A stretch of DNA of 64,000 nt from Alphaproteobacteria bacterium (GCA_963667785.2 CAXXMU010000001.1:1056001-1120000), one strand, 5' to 3'; positions 47,362 through 58,266 are shown, counted from the first letter of the stretch. Numbers and translations: made by a program. Notes: generated by a model not told the origin, from the sequence alone.

Positions 47362-48771
47362 TCAGGCCTTCGACTGCGGCGCGTCGACCCCCTTGACCGG
47401 CACGAGGCCGGCCGGTGCCAGGCCCGCCATTCTGACGGTGAGGGGCCCCGGCACGCGCCCCTCGTCCTCCAGGCGCTCCTTGCGCCGGTTCGCCGCGATC
47501 ACCATGCGCCCGCCGATGTAGCGCACCGGCTCACGGGGGAACAGGCCGACGCCCTCGCGCACCAGACCGCACGTCGACCACTCGTCCTTCGTGCCGAGCG
47601 CGAGGGAGGCGAGGATTTGGCCGCCGACGGAGGTGGGGCCGACGCCGTTGCCGGAGAAGCCCAGGCCGTAGAGCAGGTCATCACGGCCGTCGAGGCGGCC
47701 GAAGAAGGGCAGCCCGCTAAGGGAGCGGTCGATCGGGCCTGTCCAGCTTGTGGCGATCGGCACGTCGCCGAAGTCGGGATAGATGCGGCGGAAATACGCC
47801 TCGACCTCGGCCGCCCGTGGCGAAGGGCCGTCGAAGCGACGGTCCACCCTGTTGCCGAAGGAGAGCCGCCCGCCGCCGGTGCCGAAGGCGACGCGGCCGT
47901 CCGTGGTCGGGCGGTAATAATTCACTAAGGTCCGGGAATCCGAAATGCACATCCCGTCTTTCCAGCCAGAGGCGGCGAGTCGCTCGGGCATCGGCCGGGT
48001 CGCGACGATATCGCTCGAGATGACGACGATGGTCCGCCTGAGCTCCGGGAACATGGTGGCCCAGGCGTTCATCGCGATCACGACCTTCTCGGCCGTCAGG
48101 ATTCCCCGCGGTGCCACCACGCGGGGCGGGCGGCCGCGATGAAGGCTCATCATCGGGGTTCGCTCGTAGATGCGCACCCCCATGGAAAGCGCTGCCCGGC
48201 GCAGCCCGCGTGCCAGCAAGGCCGGCTGCACCGAGGCGCCGGTCGGCTCGTAGACGCCGGCGATGTGCCGCTCGGAGCCCGAGCGCCGCTTGACCGTCTC
48301 CGGCTCCCAGAGCTCGAAGGGATGCTGCTGGTGGCGCTCCAGGGTATCGACCAGTGCGCTCCACGATCCGACCTGAGGCGCGCTCGTCGCCGCCCACAGC
48401 CAGCCGTCGCCGCGGAAATGTGCGTCGATCCCGTTGTCGGCGCAAAAGCGCCCGATCTGGCCGACGGCATCGGCAGACGCGCGGGCGAGGCGGATCGCCT
48501 CGTCCGATGCACAGACCTTGCAGAGCGAGCCGAACTTGGCCCACCAGCTCAGCACGAAGCCGCCGTTTCGGCCGCTCGCGCCGCTGCCGCAGACATCCTT
48601 CTCGACGATGGCGACGTCGGCGGAAGGGTCGCGCTGCTTGAGCCGGATCGCGGTCCACAGCCCGCAGTAGCCGCCGCCGACGATGCAGATGTCCGCCCGC
48701 TGGTCGCCTTCCAGCGCCGGCGCGTCGTCGTCCGGCGCGGGGCCGGCTTCGTCAAGCCAGTGGCTCAGCAT
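47362..48771 (-). CDS. FAD-dependent amine/amino-acid oxidoreductase (DadA/PuuB-like)
   Basis: GGGYCG, GASGRNGG and GFSGNGV motifs. Confidence 0.88.
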   Translation of the reverse strand: MLSHWLDEAGPAPDDDAPALEGDQRADICIVGGGYCGLWTAIRLKQRDPSADVAIVEKDVCGSGASGRNGGFVLSWWAKFGSLCKVCASDEAIRLARASADAVGQIGRFCADNGIDAHFRGDGWLWAATSAPQVGSWSALVDTLERHQQHPFELWEPETVKRRSGSERHIAGVYEPTGASVQPALLARGLRRAALSMGVRIYERTPMMSLHRGRPPRVVAPRGILTAEKVVIAMNAWATMFPELRRTIVVISSDIVATRPMPERLAASGWKDGMCISDSRTLVNYYRPTTDGRVAFGTGGGRLSFGNRVDRRFDGPSPRAAEVEAYFRRIYPDFGDVPIATSWTGPIDRSLSGLPFFGRLDGRDDLLYGLGFSGNGVGPTSVGGQILASLALGTKDEWSTCGLVREGVGLFPREPVRYIGGRMVIAANRRKERLEDEGRVPGPLTVRMAGLAPAGLVPVKGVDAPQSKA

Positions 48772-50185
48772 CCGCTCTCTCCTGTCGTCGACCGGCCTCC
48801 TGCTCCGCGCGCTCGCCGAAGAGCAGGGTCAGGTTGATCCGCCGGTTTGCGTAGCCGCTCCGGAAGCGTACCCCGCCGCTCTCGTGGATCAGGCTCGAAT
48901 CGAAGATCACCGCCCTGTTGCAGCGGTAGGGAACGCGCACGGGCGCCCGGCCCTCGGCTGCCACCAGCCGCTCCAACCGCGCCGGGTCGAGATTGTAGTC
49001 CGCGAATCCCCAGTCCGGCGGCGCAGCGACATCGTGCACTATCAGCCCGGCTGCCTCGGGCTCGGGGCAGGCGCTGTCGGGCGTGATCCAGAGGTTGAGA
49101 TTGACGGCGGCCTTGTCCGCGTGCTTGCGCGTGCCGGCGCCTGCCTGACCATAGGAGAAGGCCCACATCTGGCTGAGCCGGTGCCGGCCCATGATGCCTT
49201 CGAGGCGCTGCTCCAGCTCGGCGGCGAGCGCGACGAGCACGGGGTGGTCGAAACCGTCGTGCAGATAGGCCCCGAGATAGAGGCCGTGCTCCTTGCAGTC
49301 GAACCAGATCGTGGCTTCGCGGCAGAAGCGCTGAAGGGCAGCGAGCGCATGCGGGCTCAGCAGGTCGTCGACGACGACCACAGCAGGGCTCGCCTCGCGG
49401 TAGCGCCGCTCGATTGCCGTGCAGTCGAGGTTGGGGTTGAGGGCGGGCGACGCGGCCTGGTCCGGCGGGCGGTGGATCACCCGGTTGTAGATGGGGCCGA
49501 TCAGCCGCCTCTCTTCGGCGGTGAGCGTGCGCGGCGCCCCCGGTCGCTCCTCGCTGCCGAAGCCGGCCAGCACGCGGGCGAGGTTCTCGCGCGCTCCGGC
49601 GAGGTCGGGCGGCAGCCGGCCCGTCTCCAGCAGGTGGTCGATCTGCGCGAGGTCATGCGCGAGCTTGGCCCGCGACGCGGTGCGGAAGGTTGTCTGCTGG
49701 GCGGGGTCGAGCAGCGCCGTGCCGCTCGCCGGGTCGATCCCCCACCAGGCGGAGCCGCGATAGAGCGCATGGCCGGCATGGAACGACCGAACGGCATCCG
49801 CGAGCCGTCCCTGGCGCTTGCACGCCACGCCGAGGTTGGTATGGGCCGCGACCGAGCCCGGCGCGAGCGCGAGCGCTTGTCGAAACGCGCCCTCCGCCGC
49901 CGCGTCGTCCCCCTGCCTGAGCGCGTGCGTGCCGAGGGTGACGTGCAGGCTCGCCTTGTCAGGCGCCAGCGCGGCGGCGGTCTCGAACGCACGGCGTGCC
50001 CGCTCGAGCGCGCCGCGATCGGCGGCGACGAGGCCGCAGACATAGTGCGCGCCGGCGTCGCGCGGATCGCGGGCGAGGACGGCGCGCCCGATCGCCTCGG
50101 CCTCTGTGCCCTTGCCCGCCCGGTAGGCCGCGAATGCCGCGCGCGAGTCGGGCCTTCGCTCAGCCGCGGCGCGCGAGCCCGTCAC
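48752..50185 (-). CDS. TPR-repeat protein fused to a 2OG-Fe(II) oxygenase-like domain
   Basis: About 4 TPR-like repeats (e.g. AHTNLGVACKRQGRLADA); C-terminal HAD...H...RINLT. Confidence 0.75.
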   Translation of the reverse strand: MTGSRAAAERRPDSRAAFAAYRAGKGTEAEAIGRAVLARDPRDAGAHYVCGLVAADRGALERARRAFETAAALAPDKASLHVTLGTHALRQGDDAAAEGAFRQALALAPGSVAAHTNLGVACKRQGRLADAVRSFHAGHALYRGSAWWGIDPASGTALLDPAQQTTFRTASRAKLAHDLAQIDHLLETGRLPPDLAGARENLARVLAGFGSEERPGAPRTLTAEERRLIGPIYNRVIHRPPDQAASPALNPNLDCTAIERRYREASPAVVVVDDLLSPHALAALQRFCREATIWFDCKEHGLYLGAYLHDGFDHPVLVALAAELEQRLEGIMGRHRLSQMWAFSYGQAGAGTRKHADKAAVNLNLWITPDSACPEPEAAGLIVHDVAAPPDWGFADYNLDPARLERLVAAEGRAPVRVPYRCNRAVIFDSSLIHESGGVRFRSGYANRRINLTLLFGERAEQEAGRRQERADAEPLA

Positions 50186-51785
50186 GGTTCACCCTGAATC
50201 CCGCCGCCTCCCGATCCCAGGTGGCGGCGGTGACGCCGTCCGCGCGCAGCGCCACCTTCCGCACCTTCTGCGTCGGCGTGCGCGGCAGGTCGGCCCTGAA
50301 CTCGATGAAGCGCGGGACCATGAAGTAGGGCATCTCGGCGGCGCAGTGGCGGAGCAGCGCCTCCTCGGTGAGCGCGGCGTCCGGGTTGCGCACCACCACG
50401 ATCTTCACCTCGTCCTCGCCGATGTCGGCGGCGACCGCGATGGCGGCGCTCTCGGCGACGTCCGGGTGCTTGTTGACGATGCGCTCGACCTCGAACGACG
50501 AGATGTTCTCGCCGCGGCGCCGGATCGCGTCCTTCATCCGGTCGTGGAAGAAGAGGAAGCCGTTCTCGTCCATGTGGCCGCGGTCGCCGCTGTGGAACCA
50601 GAGGTTGCGGAACGCAGCCAGCGTCGCTTCCGGCAGGCCGTCATAGCCTTCCATCAGGATGTGGGGATGCCTGGCGCGCACCACGATCTCGCCCGATGTG
50701 CCGGGGGGCACCGGGCGGTCCATCTCGTCGACGATCATCACCTCGTAGTAGGGGGCGGCGCGGCCGGCGGTCCCCTTCGGCGTCGGCTCGTCCGGCCGGG
50801 TGTAGACGACGATGTTGGCCTCGGTGGAGCCGTAGCCTTCGGTCAGCTCGAGGTCGAAGCGCTCGAGGAATTCCTCCTGCACCTCGTGCGGGTTGGGCAC
50901 CGAGTAGATCATGCGCAGCGGGTTGTCCGCGTCGTCGGGTTGGCGCGGCTCGGCATAGAGCATGTGGCAGATGCCGCCGACGCCGACCGTCACGGTGACG
51001 CCGTGGGCGCGCACGTCCGGCCAGAAGCGCGCCACGCTGAAGCGCGGGCGCAGCAGCATGCGGCAGTCGGCCAGCATGGTGCCGAGCAGTATGAACTTGC
51101 CGGCGATATGGAAGAAGGGGAGGAAGTTGTAGGTCACGTCGTCCGCGCCGAGCGAGACGATCTCGTTGAAGACGACGGCGAACGAAAGCTCGAAATGGTT
51201 GTTGATGACGACGCCCTTGGAGGGCCCCGTGGTGCCCGAGGTGAACATGATGCAGGCGGTGGTGGTGGCCTCCACGGCGCGCGGCGCGTCCGCTCCGTCG
51301 CCGGTGGCCACCTCGTCCAGCGAGAGCACGACGCCCGGCAGCGCGCGACGCGTATCCTCAATGTCGCCGCCGGCGACGATGAAGGTGCCGAGGCTGGGGC
51401 AGCGGTCGGCGATCCGCGCGACCACGGGCACGAACTCGGCGTCCAGCACCATGGCGCTCGCCTGCGCGCTGCCGACGATGTGGGTGAGGATGTCGCCCCG
51501 GTAGGCGGTGTTGATCGGCACCTCGACGACGCCAAGCTTGGCGGTGGCGAACCAAGCGAAGACGTGCTCGGGCGTGTTCTGCATCATCACCGCGCAGCGG
51601 GCGCCGGGCTCGATGCCGTGCGCCGCGAGGCCCGCGGCGATCCGGTTGGCCTCCCGATTGATGGCGGCGTAGCTGTAATCCCGCCCGTCGAAATGCATCA
51701 CGGGATGGTCGGGGCGTTCTGTGGCGCGCTGCTCGAGGACGCGGTGGACCAGCCACGCCTCCTGATCCCGGCCGATCGTCAGCAT
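50160..51785 (-). CDS. ATP-dependent acyl-CoA ligase (CaiC / crotonobetaine-CoA ligase-like)
   Basis: FTSGTTGPSKG, YGSTE, WFHSGD and RRRGENISSFEVE motifs; only the 3' half of the 1103-aa ORF is real. Confidence 0.9.
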   Translation of the reverse strand: MLTIGRDQEAWLVHRVLEQRATERPDHPVMHFDGRDYSYAAINREANRIAAGLAAHGIEPGARCAVMMQNTPEHVFAWFATAKLGVVEVPINTAYRGDILTHIVGSAQASAMVLDAEFVPVVARIADRCPSLGTFIVAGGDIEDTRRALPGVVLSLDEVATGDGADAPRAVEATTTACIMFTSGTTGPSKGVVINNHFELSFAVVFNEIVSLGADDVTYNFLPFFHIAGKFILLGTMLADCRMLLRPRFSVARFWPDVRAHGVTVTVGVGGICHMLYAEPRQPDDADNPLRMIYSVPNPHEVQEEFLERFDLELTEGYGSTEANIVVYTRPDEPTPKGTAGRAAPYYEVMIVDEMDRPVPPGTSGEIVVRARHPHILMEGYDGLPEATLAAFRNLWFHSGDRGHMDENGFLFFHDRMKDAIRRRGENISSFEVERIVNKHPDVAESAAIAVAADIGEDEVKIVVVRNPDAALTEEALLRHCAAEMPYFMVPRFIEFRADLPRTPTQKVRKVALRADGVTAATWDREAAGFRVNRDGLARRG

Positions 51786-51811
51786 CGCGCACCGCCCGCC
51801 GCCATGGCGCC

Positions 51812-51900
51812 AGCATGGAGGCCGCGGGCCCGTTGTCAACGCCGCCGGAACGGCGCGCGCGGTTTCCCGCCTTGACGGCGCGATGGCTGGTTTCCATAGT
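51812..51900. promoter_or_regulatory. Back-to-back sigma70-type promoters for the two CoA ligases
   Basis: Minus strand TTGACA-N16-CATGCT (51839 to 51812); plus strand TTGACG-N17-CATAGT (51872-51900). Confidence 0.55.
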
Positions 51901-51971
51901 GCTGCCGAGTGCGGCCCCGGTGCCCGGGCGGGGGGCAAGGCCGCGTATCCCGGGCAAGAGGAGCGGAGCGC

Positions 51972-53696
51972 ATGGCTGAAGGCGACGCGCAAGGTAGCGC
52001 CCATCCCTGGGAGAAATCCTATCCGTCGAACGTCGACTGGCACGCGCCGCTGCCGATGGGCGCGCTCCACCGTCTGTTCGACGATGCCGTCGCCCGCTTC
52101 GGCGACCGGCCGGCGATCGACTTCATGGACCGGATCACCAGCTATCGGGAGCTCGGCGAGCAGGCGAACTGCGCTGCCGAAGGGTTCCAGAAGCTCGGTG
52201 TCGGCAAGGGCACCAAGGTCGGAATCCTGCTCCCCAACTGCCCGGCCTTCGTCGCGGTCTACTACGGCGTGCTCAAGGCCGGCGGGACGGTGGTCAACGT
52301 CAATCCGCTCTACGCCATCGAGGAGATCAAGTTCCAGATCGAGGATGCGGAGGCCGACATCCTGGTCACGCTCGATCTCTCCATCCTCTACGACAAGGCG
52401 CGCGTGGCCCTGGAGCAGACGCGGCTCAAGCATCTGGTGATCGTCTCCATGGCGGAGATGCTGCCCGGCCTCAAGCGGCTGCTCTTCCCCATCGTCAAGC
52501 GCAGCGAGATCGCCAAGATACCGCGCGATTCCAGCCATGTCCGGCTGGCCGCGCTGCTCGACAACGCCGGCAGGCCGGCGCCGGTGGAGATCGACGCGCG
52601 CGAGGACATCGCGGTGCTGCAGTACACCGGCGGCACCACCGGCACCTCCAAGGGCGCGATGCTGACCCACGCCAACCTCAGCGCCAACGTGGTGCAGGGG
52701 GCGATGATGATGCCGGACGCCGAAGAGGGCCGCGAGGTCATGATGGGCGTGCTGCCGCTCTTCCACGTCTTCGCCATGGCCGTGGTGATGAACTTCAGCA
52801 TCAGGATCGGCGCCAAGATGATCCTGCTGCCACGCTTCGAACTGGATACCGTGCTCAAGGTCGTCCACAAGAAGCGCCCGACCTTCTTCCCCGCCGTGCC
52901 GACGATCTACATCGCCATCAACGGCCATCCCGACGTCGCGGCGGGCAAGTACGACCTCTCCTCCATCAAGCTCTGCCTCTCGGGCGGCGCCTCGCTGCCG
53001 CGCGAGGTGCAGGAGAAGTTCCAGGGGATTACCGGGTGCACGCTGGTGGAGGGCTACGGGCTCAGCGAGACTGCCCCGGTCGCGACCTGCAACCCGACCA
53101 CCCCAGGCGGCAGCCGCGAAGGCTCGCTCGGCGTGCCGGTGCCCGGCACCGTGGTCGAGATCACCTCGATCGACGAGCCGGAGACGGTGCTGCCGCAGGG
53201 CGAGATCGGCGAGATCTGCATCTCCGGCCCGCAGGTAATGAAGGGCTACTGGAAGCGCGACGACGAGAACAAGCGCGCCTTCGCCGGCGGGCGCTTCCAC
53301 ACCGGCGACGTCGGCCGCATCGACGAGGACGGCTACGTCTACCTCATCGACCGGCTCAAGGAGGTCATCATCGCCGGCGGCTACAACATCTATCCGCGTC
53401 ACGTGGAAGAGGCGATCTACAAGCACCCGTCGGTGCTGGAGGTGACGGTCATCGGCGTCGACGACGCCCACCGCCAGCAGACCGTCAAGGCATTCGTCCG
53501 GCTCAAGGAGGGCGAGACCCTGACGTCGGACGCGCTGACGGAGTTCCTCGGGGACAAGCTCTCTCCCATCGAGATGCCCAAGCAGATCGAGTTCCGCGAC
53601 GAGCTGCCCAAGACGATCATCGGCAAGCTCTCGAAGAAGGAGCTGATCGCCGAGGAGGCCGCCAAGCAGGGCGCGGCTGCCGCCGGCGCCGGTTGA
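51972..53696 (+). CDS. Long-chain fatty acid / dicarboxylate--CoA ligase (FadD/PimA-like)
   Basis: QYTGGTTGTSKG, EGYGLSE and FHTGD motifs. Confidence 0.93.
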   Translation: MAEGDAQGSAHPWEKSYPSNVDWHAPLPMGALHRLFDDAVARFGDRPAIDFMDRITSYRELGEQANCAAEGFQKLGVGKGTKVGILLPNCPAFVAVYYGVLKAGGTVVNVNPLYAIEEIKFQIEDAEADILVTLDLSILYDKARVALEQTRLKHLVIVSMAEMLPGLKRLLFPIVKRSEIAKIPRDSSHVRLAALLDNAGRPAPVEIDAREDIAVLQYTGGTTGTSKGAMLTHANLSANVVQGAMMMPDAEEGREVMMGVLPLFHVFAMAVVMNFSIRIGAKMILLPRFELDTVLKVVHKKRPTFFPAVPTIYIAINGHPDVAAGKYDLSSIKLCLSGGASLPREVQEKFQGITGCTLVEGYGLSETAPVATCNPTTPGGSREGSLGVPVPGTVVEITSIDEPETVLPQGEIGEICISGPQVMKGYWKRDDENKRAFAGGRFHTGDVGRIDEDGYVYLIDRLKEVIIAGGYNIYPRHVEEAIYKHPSVLEVTVIGVDDAHRQQTVKAFVRLKEGETLTSDALTEFLGDKLSPIEMPKQIEFRDELPKTIIGKLSKKELIAEEAAKQGAAAAGAG

Positions 53697-53766
53697 GTGA
53701 GATCGGCGCTAGGCCACGACGCGACGACACGCGCACCGCATCAGACAGAGCGAGAGGCCCAGGCCC

Positions 53767-54903
53767 ATGAACAATGCCGTCATCGCCGGCTACGTCCGTT
53801 CGCCCTTTCACTTTGCCCACAAGGGCGCGCTGGTCGAGAAGCGGCCGGACGATCTCGCCGCCGAGGTCGTTCACGGCCTGCTCGCCCAGACCGGCGTCGA
53901 TCCCGCCGAGATCGAGGACCTGATCATCGGCTGCGCCTTCCCCGAAGGCGAGCAGGGCTTCAACCTGGGGCGCATCGTCGCGCTGATCGCCGAGCTGCCC
54001 ATCTCGGTCGCCGGCGCCACCGTCAACCGCTTCTGCGGCTCGTCCATGCAGGCGATCCACATCGCCGCCGGCGCGATCCGCATGGAGGCCGGTGAGGCGT
54101 TCATCTGCGCCGGTGTCGAATCCATGAGCCGCGTGCCCATGGGGGGCTTCAACCCGGCGCCCAACCCGGATCTCTACGAGAAGAACGAGGGCGCCTACAT
54201 GTCCATGGGCGAGACCGCGGAAAACCTCGCCCGCAAGTACCAGATCACCCGGGAGGAGCAGGAGGCGCTGGCCGTCAGCAGCCACGCCCGCGCCGCCCGG
54301 GCCTGGGACGACGGCAAGTTCGCCGGCGAGGTGATCCCCGTCGAGACCGCGGACGGCACGGTCGAGCGCGACGGCTGCATCCGCCCCGGCACCAGTGCCG
54401 AGGTGCTCGCCGGGCTCGAGCCCGCGTTCGATGCGGACGGCACGGTGACTGCCGGCACCTCGTCGCCGCTCACCGACGGCGCGGCCGCGGTGTTGGTCTG
54501 CACCGAGGAGTTCGTCGCGCGCAACGGGCTCTCGGTGCTCGCCCGCATCAAGGCCATCGCGGTCGCCGGCTGCGCGCCGGAGATCATGGGCTACGGCCCC
54601 GTCGTCTCGTCGGAGAAGGCCCTCGCCCGCGCCGGGCTGAAGGTGTCGGACATCGACGTGGTCGAGCTCAACGAGGCCTTTGCGGTGCAGGCGCTCGCCT
54701 GCGTGCGCGAGCTCTCCATCGATCTCGAGCGCATGAACATCGACGGCGGCGCCATCGCTATCGGCCACCCGCTCGGCGCCACCGGTGCGCGCATCACCGG
54801 CAAGGCGGCGCAGATCCTCCGCCGCGAGGACAAGCGCTACGCGCTCGCCACCCAGTGCATCGGCGGCGGGCAGGGCATCTCCACCGTGCTTGAGGCCGCC
54901 TGA
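53767..54903 (+). CDS. Acetyl-CoA C-acyltransferase (thiolase)
   Basis: NRFCGS, NEAF, GHPLGATG and CIGGGQG motifs. Confidence 0.95.
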   Translation: MNNAVIAGYVRSPFHFAHKGALVEKRPDDLAAEVVHGLLAQTGVDPAEIEDLIIGCAFPEGEQGFNLGRIVALIAELPISVAGATVNRFCGSSMQAIHIAAGAIRMEAGEAFICAGVESMSRVPMGGFNPAPNPDLYEKNEGAYMSMGETAENLARKYQITREEQEALAVSSHARAARAWDDGKFAGEVIPVETADGTVERDGCIRPGTSAEVLAGLEPAFDADGTVTAGTSSPLTDGAAAVLVCTEEFVARNGLSVLARIKAIAVAGCAPEIMGYGPVVSSEKALARAGLKVSDIDVVELNEAFAVQALACVRELSIDLERMNIDGGAIAIGHPLGATGARITGKAAQILRREDKRYALATQCIGGGQGISTVLEAA

Positions 54904-57230
54904 TGGCGATCGAGAAGGCCGCCGTCATCGGGGCGGGACTGATGGGCGGCGGCATCGCCGCCCACATCGCCAATGCTGGCCATGACGTGGTGCTGCTCGA
55001 CATTGTGCCGGCGGACGGCGGCGACCGGAACGCGCTTGCCGAGGGCGCGGTGGCGCGGATGCTCAAGACCGAGCCCGCGCCCTTCATGGAGAAGACCGAC
55101 GCGAAGCGCATCGCCACCGGCAATATCGAGGACCATCTCGACCTGCTCGGCGATGCGGACTGGATCGTCGAGGCGGTGATTGAGCGGGCGGATGCCAAGC
55201 AGGCCATCTACCGCAAGATCGACGCGGTGCGGAAGGAGGGGTCGATCGTCTCCTCCAACACGTCCACCATCCCGTCAAGCGTGCTGCTCGACGGCATGCC
55301 GGAGGCGTTCGCGCGCGACTTCCTCATCACCCACTTCTTCAACCCGCCGCGCTACATGCGGCTTCTGGAGGTGGTGGCGGGGCCCGAGACCCGGACGGAC
55401 GCCGTGGCGGCCGTCTGCGACTTCGCCGACCGCAAGCTCGGCAAGGGCGTGGTGGCGTGCAACGACACGCCCGGCTTCATCGCGAACCGCATCGGCACCT
55501 ACTGGATGGTGGCGGCGGTGCGCGCGGCGGTGGAGGACGGCGTGACGGTGGAGGAGGCGGACGCCCTGCTCAGCCGGCCCATCGGCGTGCCCAAGACAGG
55601 CATCTTCGGGCTGATCGACCTCGTCGGCCTCGACCTGATGCCGCTGGTCGGCCGCAGCCTGCGCGACGCGCTACCCGAGAGCGACCCCTTCCACGCGATC
55701 TACGACGAGCCCGCGTTCATCGCCTCGATGATCGAGGACGGCTATATCGGGCGCAAGGGCAAGGGCGGCTTCTATCGGCTGAAGCCCGATTCCAAGAAGA
55801 GGGAGAAAGAGGTCCGCAATCTCGCCACGGGCGAGTACGGGCCCGCCCGGCGGCCGAGACTGGAGAGCATCGAGCAGACCGGCCGCTCGCTCCGCGCGCT
55901 CTTCGAATACCCCGACAAGACGGGTGCCTACGCCTGGCGGGTGATGTCCGGCACGCTTGCCTACGCCGCCGGCCTGGTGCCCGAGATTGCGGGCGACGTC
56001 GAGGCAGTCGATCGCGCCATGCGCCTCGGCTACGCCTGGAAGCGCGGCCCCTTCGAGCTGATCGACGAGGTCGGCGCCGGCTGGTTTGCCGAGAAGCTTG
56101 CGGCAGAGGGCAGGGAGGTGCCGCCGCTGCTGCGGGCGGCGGCAGACGGCGACGGCTTCTACCGGCTGGCGGATGGCCGCGCCACCCATCTCGCAGGCGA
56201 CGGCCGCTACGCCCCGCTTGCGCGGCCCGAGGGCGTGCTGCTGCTCTCCGACATCAAGCGCACGACCAGGCCGCTGGCGAAGAACGGCTCCGCCAGCCTC
56301 TGGGACATCGGCGACGGCGTCGCCTGCCTCGAATTCCACAGCAAGATGAACGCGCTCGACACCGACATCATGGCGCTGGTCGCGCAGTCGGTGGAGACGG
56401 TCGGCGGCGGGATGAAGGCGCTGGTGATCCACAACGAGGGCAGCAACTTCTCGGTGGGGATGAACCTCGGCCTCGCTCTCTTCGTCGTCAATGTCGGCGC
56501 CTGGCCGATGATCGAGGACTCGATCAGGCAGGGCCAGGAGGCCTTCAGGGCGCTCAAGTTCGCGCCCTTCCCGGTGGTCGGCGCGCCGTCGGGCATGGCG
56601 CTCGGCGGCGGCTGCGAAGTGCTGCTGCACTGCGATGCGGTGCAGGCCCATGCCGAGAGCTACATGGGCCTGGTCGAGGCCGGCGTCGGGCTCGTGCCCG
56701 GCTGGGGCGGCTGCAAGGAGATGATGCTGCGCGGGCTCGCCCCCGGCCGGACCGGATTCGGCGGCGCGATGCCGGCGATCTCCAAGGTCTTCGAGACCAT
56801 CGGTCTCGCCAAGGTCTCGCGCTCCGCCAAGGAGGCCCGGAAGCTCGGCTTCCTGCGCGAGGGCGACGGCATCACCGCCAACCGCGACCGGCTGCTGGCG
56901 GACGCGAAGGTGAAGGCGCTCGCGCTGGCGGAGGACTACGTCCCGCCGGAGCCGGCCGTTGTAAAGCTGCCCGGCAAGACCGGACGCGTCGCGCTCAAGA
57001 TGGCGGTGCGCGGGCTCGCCAAGACGCGCAAGGCGACGGCCCACGACCTCGTGGTGGTGGAGCATCTCGGCAACGTGCTCACTGGCGGCGAGACCGACGC
57101 GACCCGGGAGGTCCCGGAGGACAGACTCTCGGAGCTGGAGCGCGAGGCGTTGCTCGCGCTCATCCGCACGCCCGCCACCATCGCCCGCATGGAGCACATG
57201 CTGGAGACCGGCAAGCCGCTCAGGAACTAG
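54903..57230 (+). CDS. Bifunctional 3-hydroxyacyl-CoA dehydrogenase / enoyl-CoA hydratase (FadN-type)
   Basis: GAGLMG, SNTST, HFFNPP, GGGCE and GKPLRN motifs. Confidence 0.93.
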   Translation: MAIEKAAVIGAGLMGGGIAAHIANAGHDVVLLDIVPADGGDRNALAEGAVARMLKTEPAPFMEKTDAKRIATGNIEDHLDLLGDADWIVEAVIERADAKQAIYRKIDAVRKEGSIVSSNTSTIPSSVLLDGMPEAFARDFLITHFFNPPRYMRLLEVVAGPETRTDAVAAVCDFADRKLGKGVVACNDTPGFIANRIGTYWMVAAVRAAVEDGVTVEEADALLSRPIGVPKTGIFGLIDLVGLDLMPLVGRSLRDALPESDPFHAIYDEPAFIASMIEDGYIGRKGKGGFYRLKPDSKKREKEVRNLATGEYGPARRPRLESIEQTGRSLRALFEYPDKTGAYAWRVMSGTLAYAAGLVPEIAGDVEAVDRAMRLGYAWKRGPFELIDEVGAGWFAEKLAAEGREVPPLLRAAADGDGFYRLADGRATHLAGDGRYAPLARPEGVLLLSDIKRTTRPLAKNGSASLWDIGDGVACLEFHSKMNALDTDIMALVAQSVETVGGGMKALVIHNEGSNFSVGMNLGLALFVVNVGAWPMIEDSIRQGQEAFRALKFAPFPVVGAPSGMALGGGCEVLLHCDAVQAHAESYMGLVEAGVGLVPGWGGCKEMMLRGLAPGRTGFGGAMPAISKVFETIGLAKVSRSAKEARKLGFLREGDGITANRDRLLADAKVKALALAEDYVPPEPAVVKLPGKTGRVALKMAVRGLAKTRKATAHDLVVVEHLGNVLTGGETDATREVPEDRLSELEREALLALIRTPATIARMEHMLETGKPLRN

Positions 57231-57258
57231 CGTCTTGGACTCGGCGCCAACCTCCCAC

Positions 57259-57344
57259 CGTCATGCCCGGACTTGTTCCGGGCATCTCCATCGGCCCATC
57301 GTGACGGAGAGACGTGGATGGCCGGGACAAGCCCGGCCATGACG
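57259..57344. repeat. CGTC-tagged REP-like double palindrome, copy 2
   Basis: CGTCATGCCCGGACTTGTTCCGGGCAT...GGATGGCCGGGACAAGCCCGGCCATGACG. Confidence 0.85.
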
Positions 57345-57429
57345 TAAAGGGGGCGCGCGAACTGATCATGTCCGTGTTCGGGCGGCTTCGTTGGTACGGC
57401 GTGTCGTACGACGGCTGGGGAGCTGTGAC

Positions 57430-58266
57430 ATGAGCGGCGTGGACTGGACCCTCGCAGTCGCGCAGATGGATTGCGCCACCGGCGACACGGAAGGGAACCT
57501 CGCGACCATCGCCCGCTTCGCCGGCGAGGCCGCGATCCAGCATGTCGACCTCGTGGTCTTTCCCGAATGCGCCACCACCGGCTACTTCCTGGGCGACCGG
57601 CTCGCGGATCTCGCCGAGCCGCCCGACGGACCGAGCGCGCGGCGCCTCGGCGAGGTCGCGCGGGAGAACGGGCTCACCATGGCGGTCGGCGCCTACACGC
57701 GGCGCGATGGCGGCGTCTACGATTCGCAGCTCCTGTTCGGTCCCGACGGGCGGTGCCTCGCGGTCTACGACAAGGCGCACCTCTTCGCGAGCGAGCGCGA
57801 GAGCTGCCGCGCCGGCGACAGCGCGTGCGTTGTCGAGACACGGCTCGGCACGGTGGGCATGACGGTCTGCTACGACTTCATCTTCGCCGACTACGTGCGC
57901 CGTCTGGCCGACCTCGGCGCGGAGCTGATCATCAACAGCACCAACTGGATCGCCGACGCCTATCAGCGCGAGACCTGGGGCTGGAGCGGGCCGGTGACTC
58001 AGGGCCTCGCGGCCACGCGAGCGCTGGAGAACGGCACCTTCGTCGCCATGGCCAACCGCGTCGGCGAGGAAGAGCTGGCGCCCGGCCTCTCCTTTACCAG
58101 CCTCGGCCATTCCTGCATCGCAGGCCCGTCGGGCAGGATCCTCGCCTCGCTTGCCGAGGGGGAGGGACTGGCGGTCGCGCGCATCGACATCGCGCAGGAG
58201 GATCTCGACCGCTGGCGCGCCATCGCCACCTATCGCGCCGACCGCCGGCCCGAGCTGACCGGATGA
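57430..58266 (+). CDS. Carbon-nitrogen hydrolase (nitrilase superfamily)
   Basis: Catalytic triad motifs FPE, YDKAHL and VCYD. Confidence 0.9.
   Translation: MSGVDWTLAVAQMDCATGDTEGNLATIARFAGEAAIQHVDLVVFPECATTGYFLGDRLADLAEPPDGPSARRLGEVARENGLTMAVGAYTRRDGGVYDSQLLFGPDGRCLAVYDKAHLFASERESCRAGDSACVVETRLGTVGMTVCYDFIFADYVRRLADLGAELIINSTNWIADAYQRETWGWSGPVTQGLAATRALENGTFVAMANRVGEEELAPGLSFTSLGHSCIAGPSGRILASLAEGEGLAVARIDIAQEDLDRWRAIATYRADRRPELTG

Noticed and set aside
51786-53471. Apparent 560-aa N-terminal extension making a 1103-aa CoA ligase
   Set aside because: It is the antisense of the plus-strand fadD-like gene; the real ligase starts near 51785
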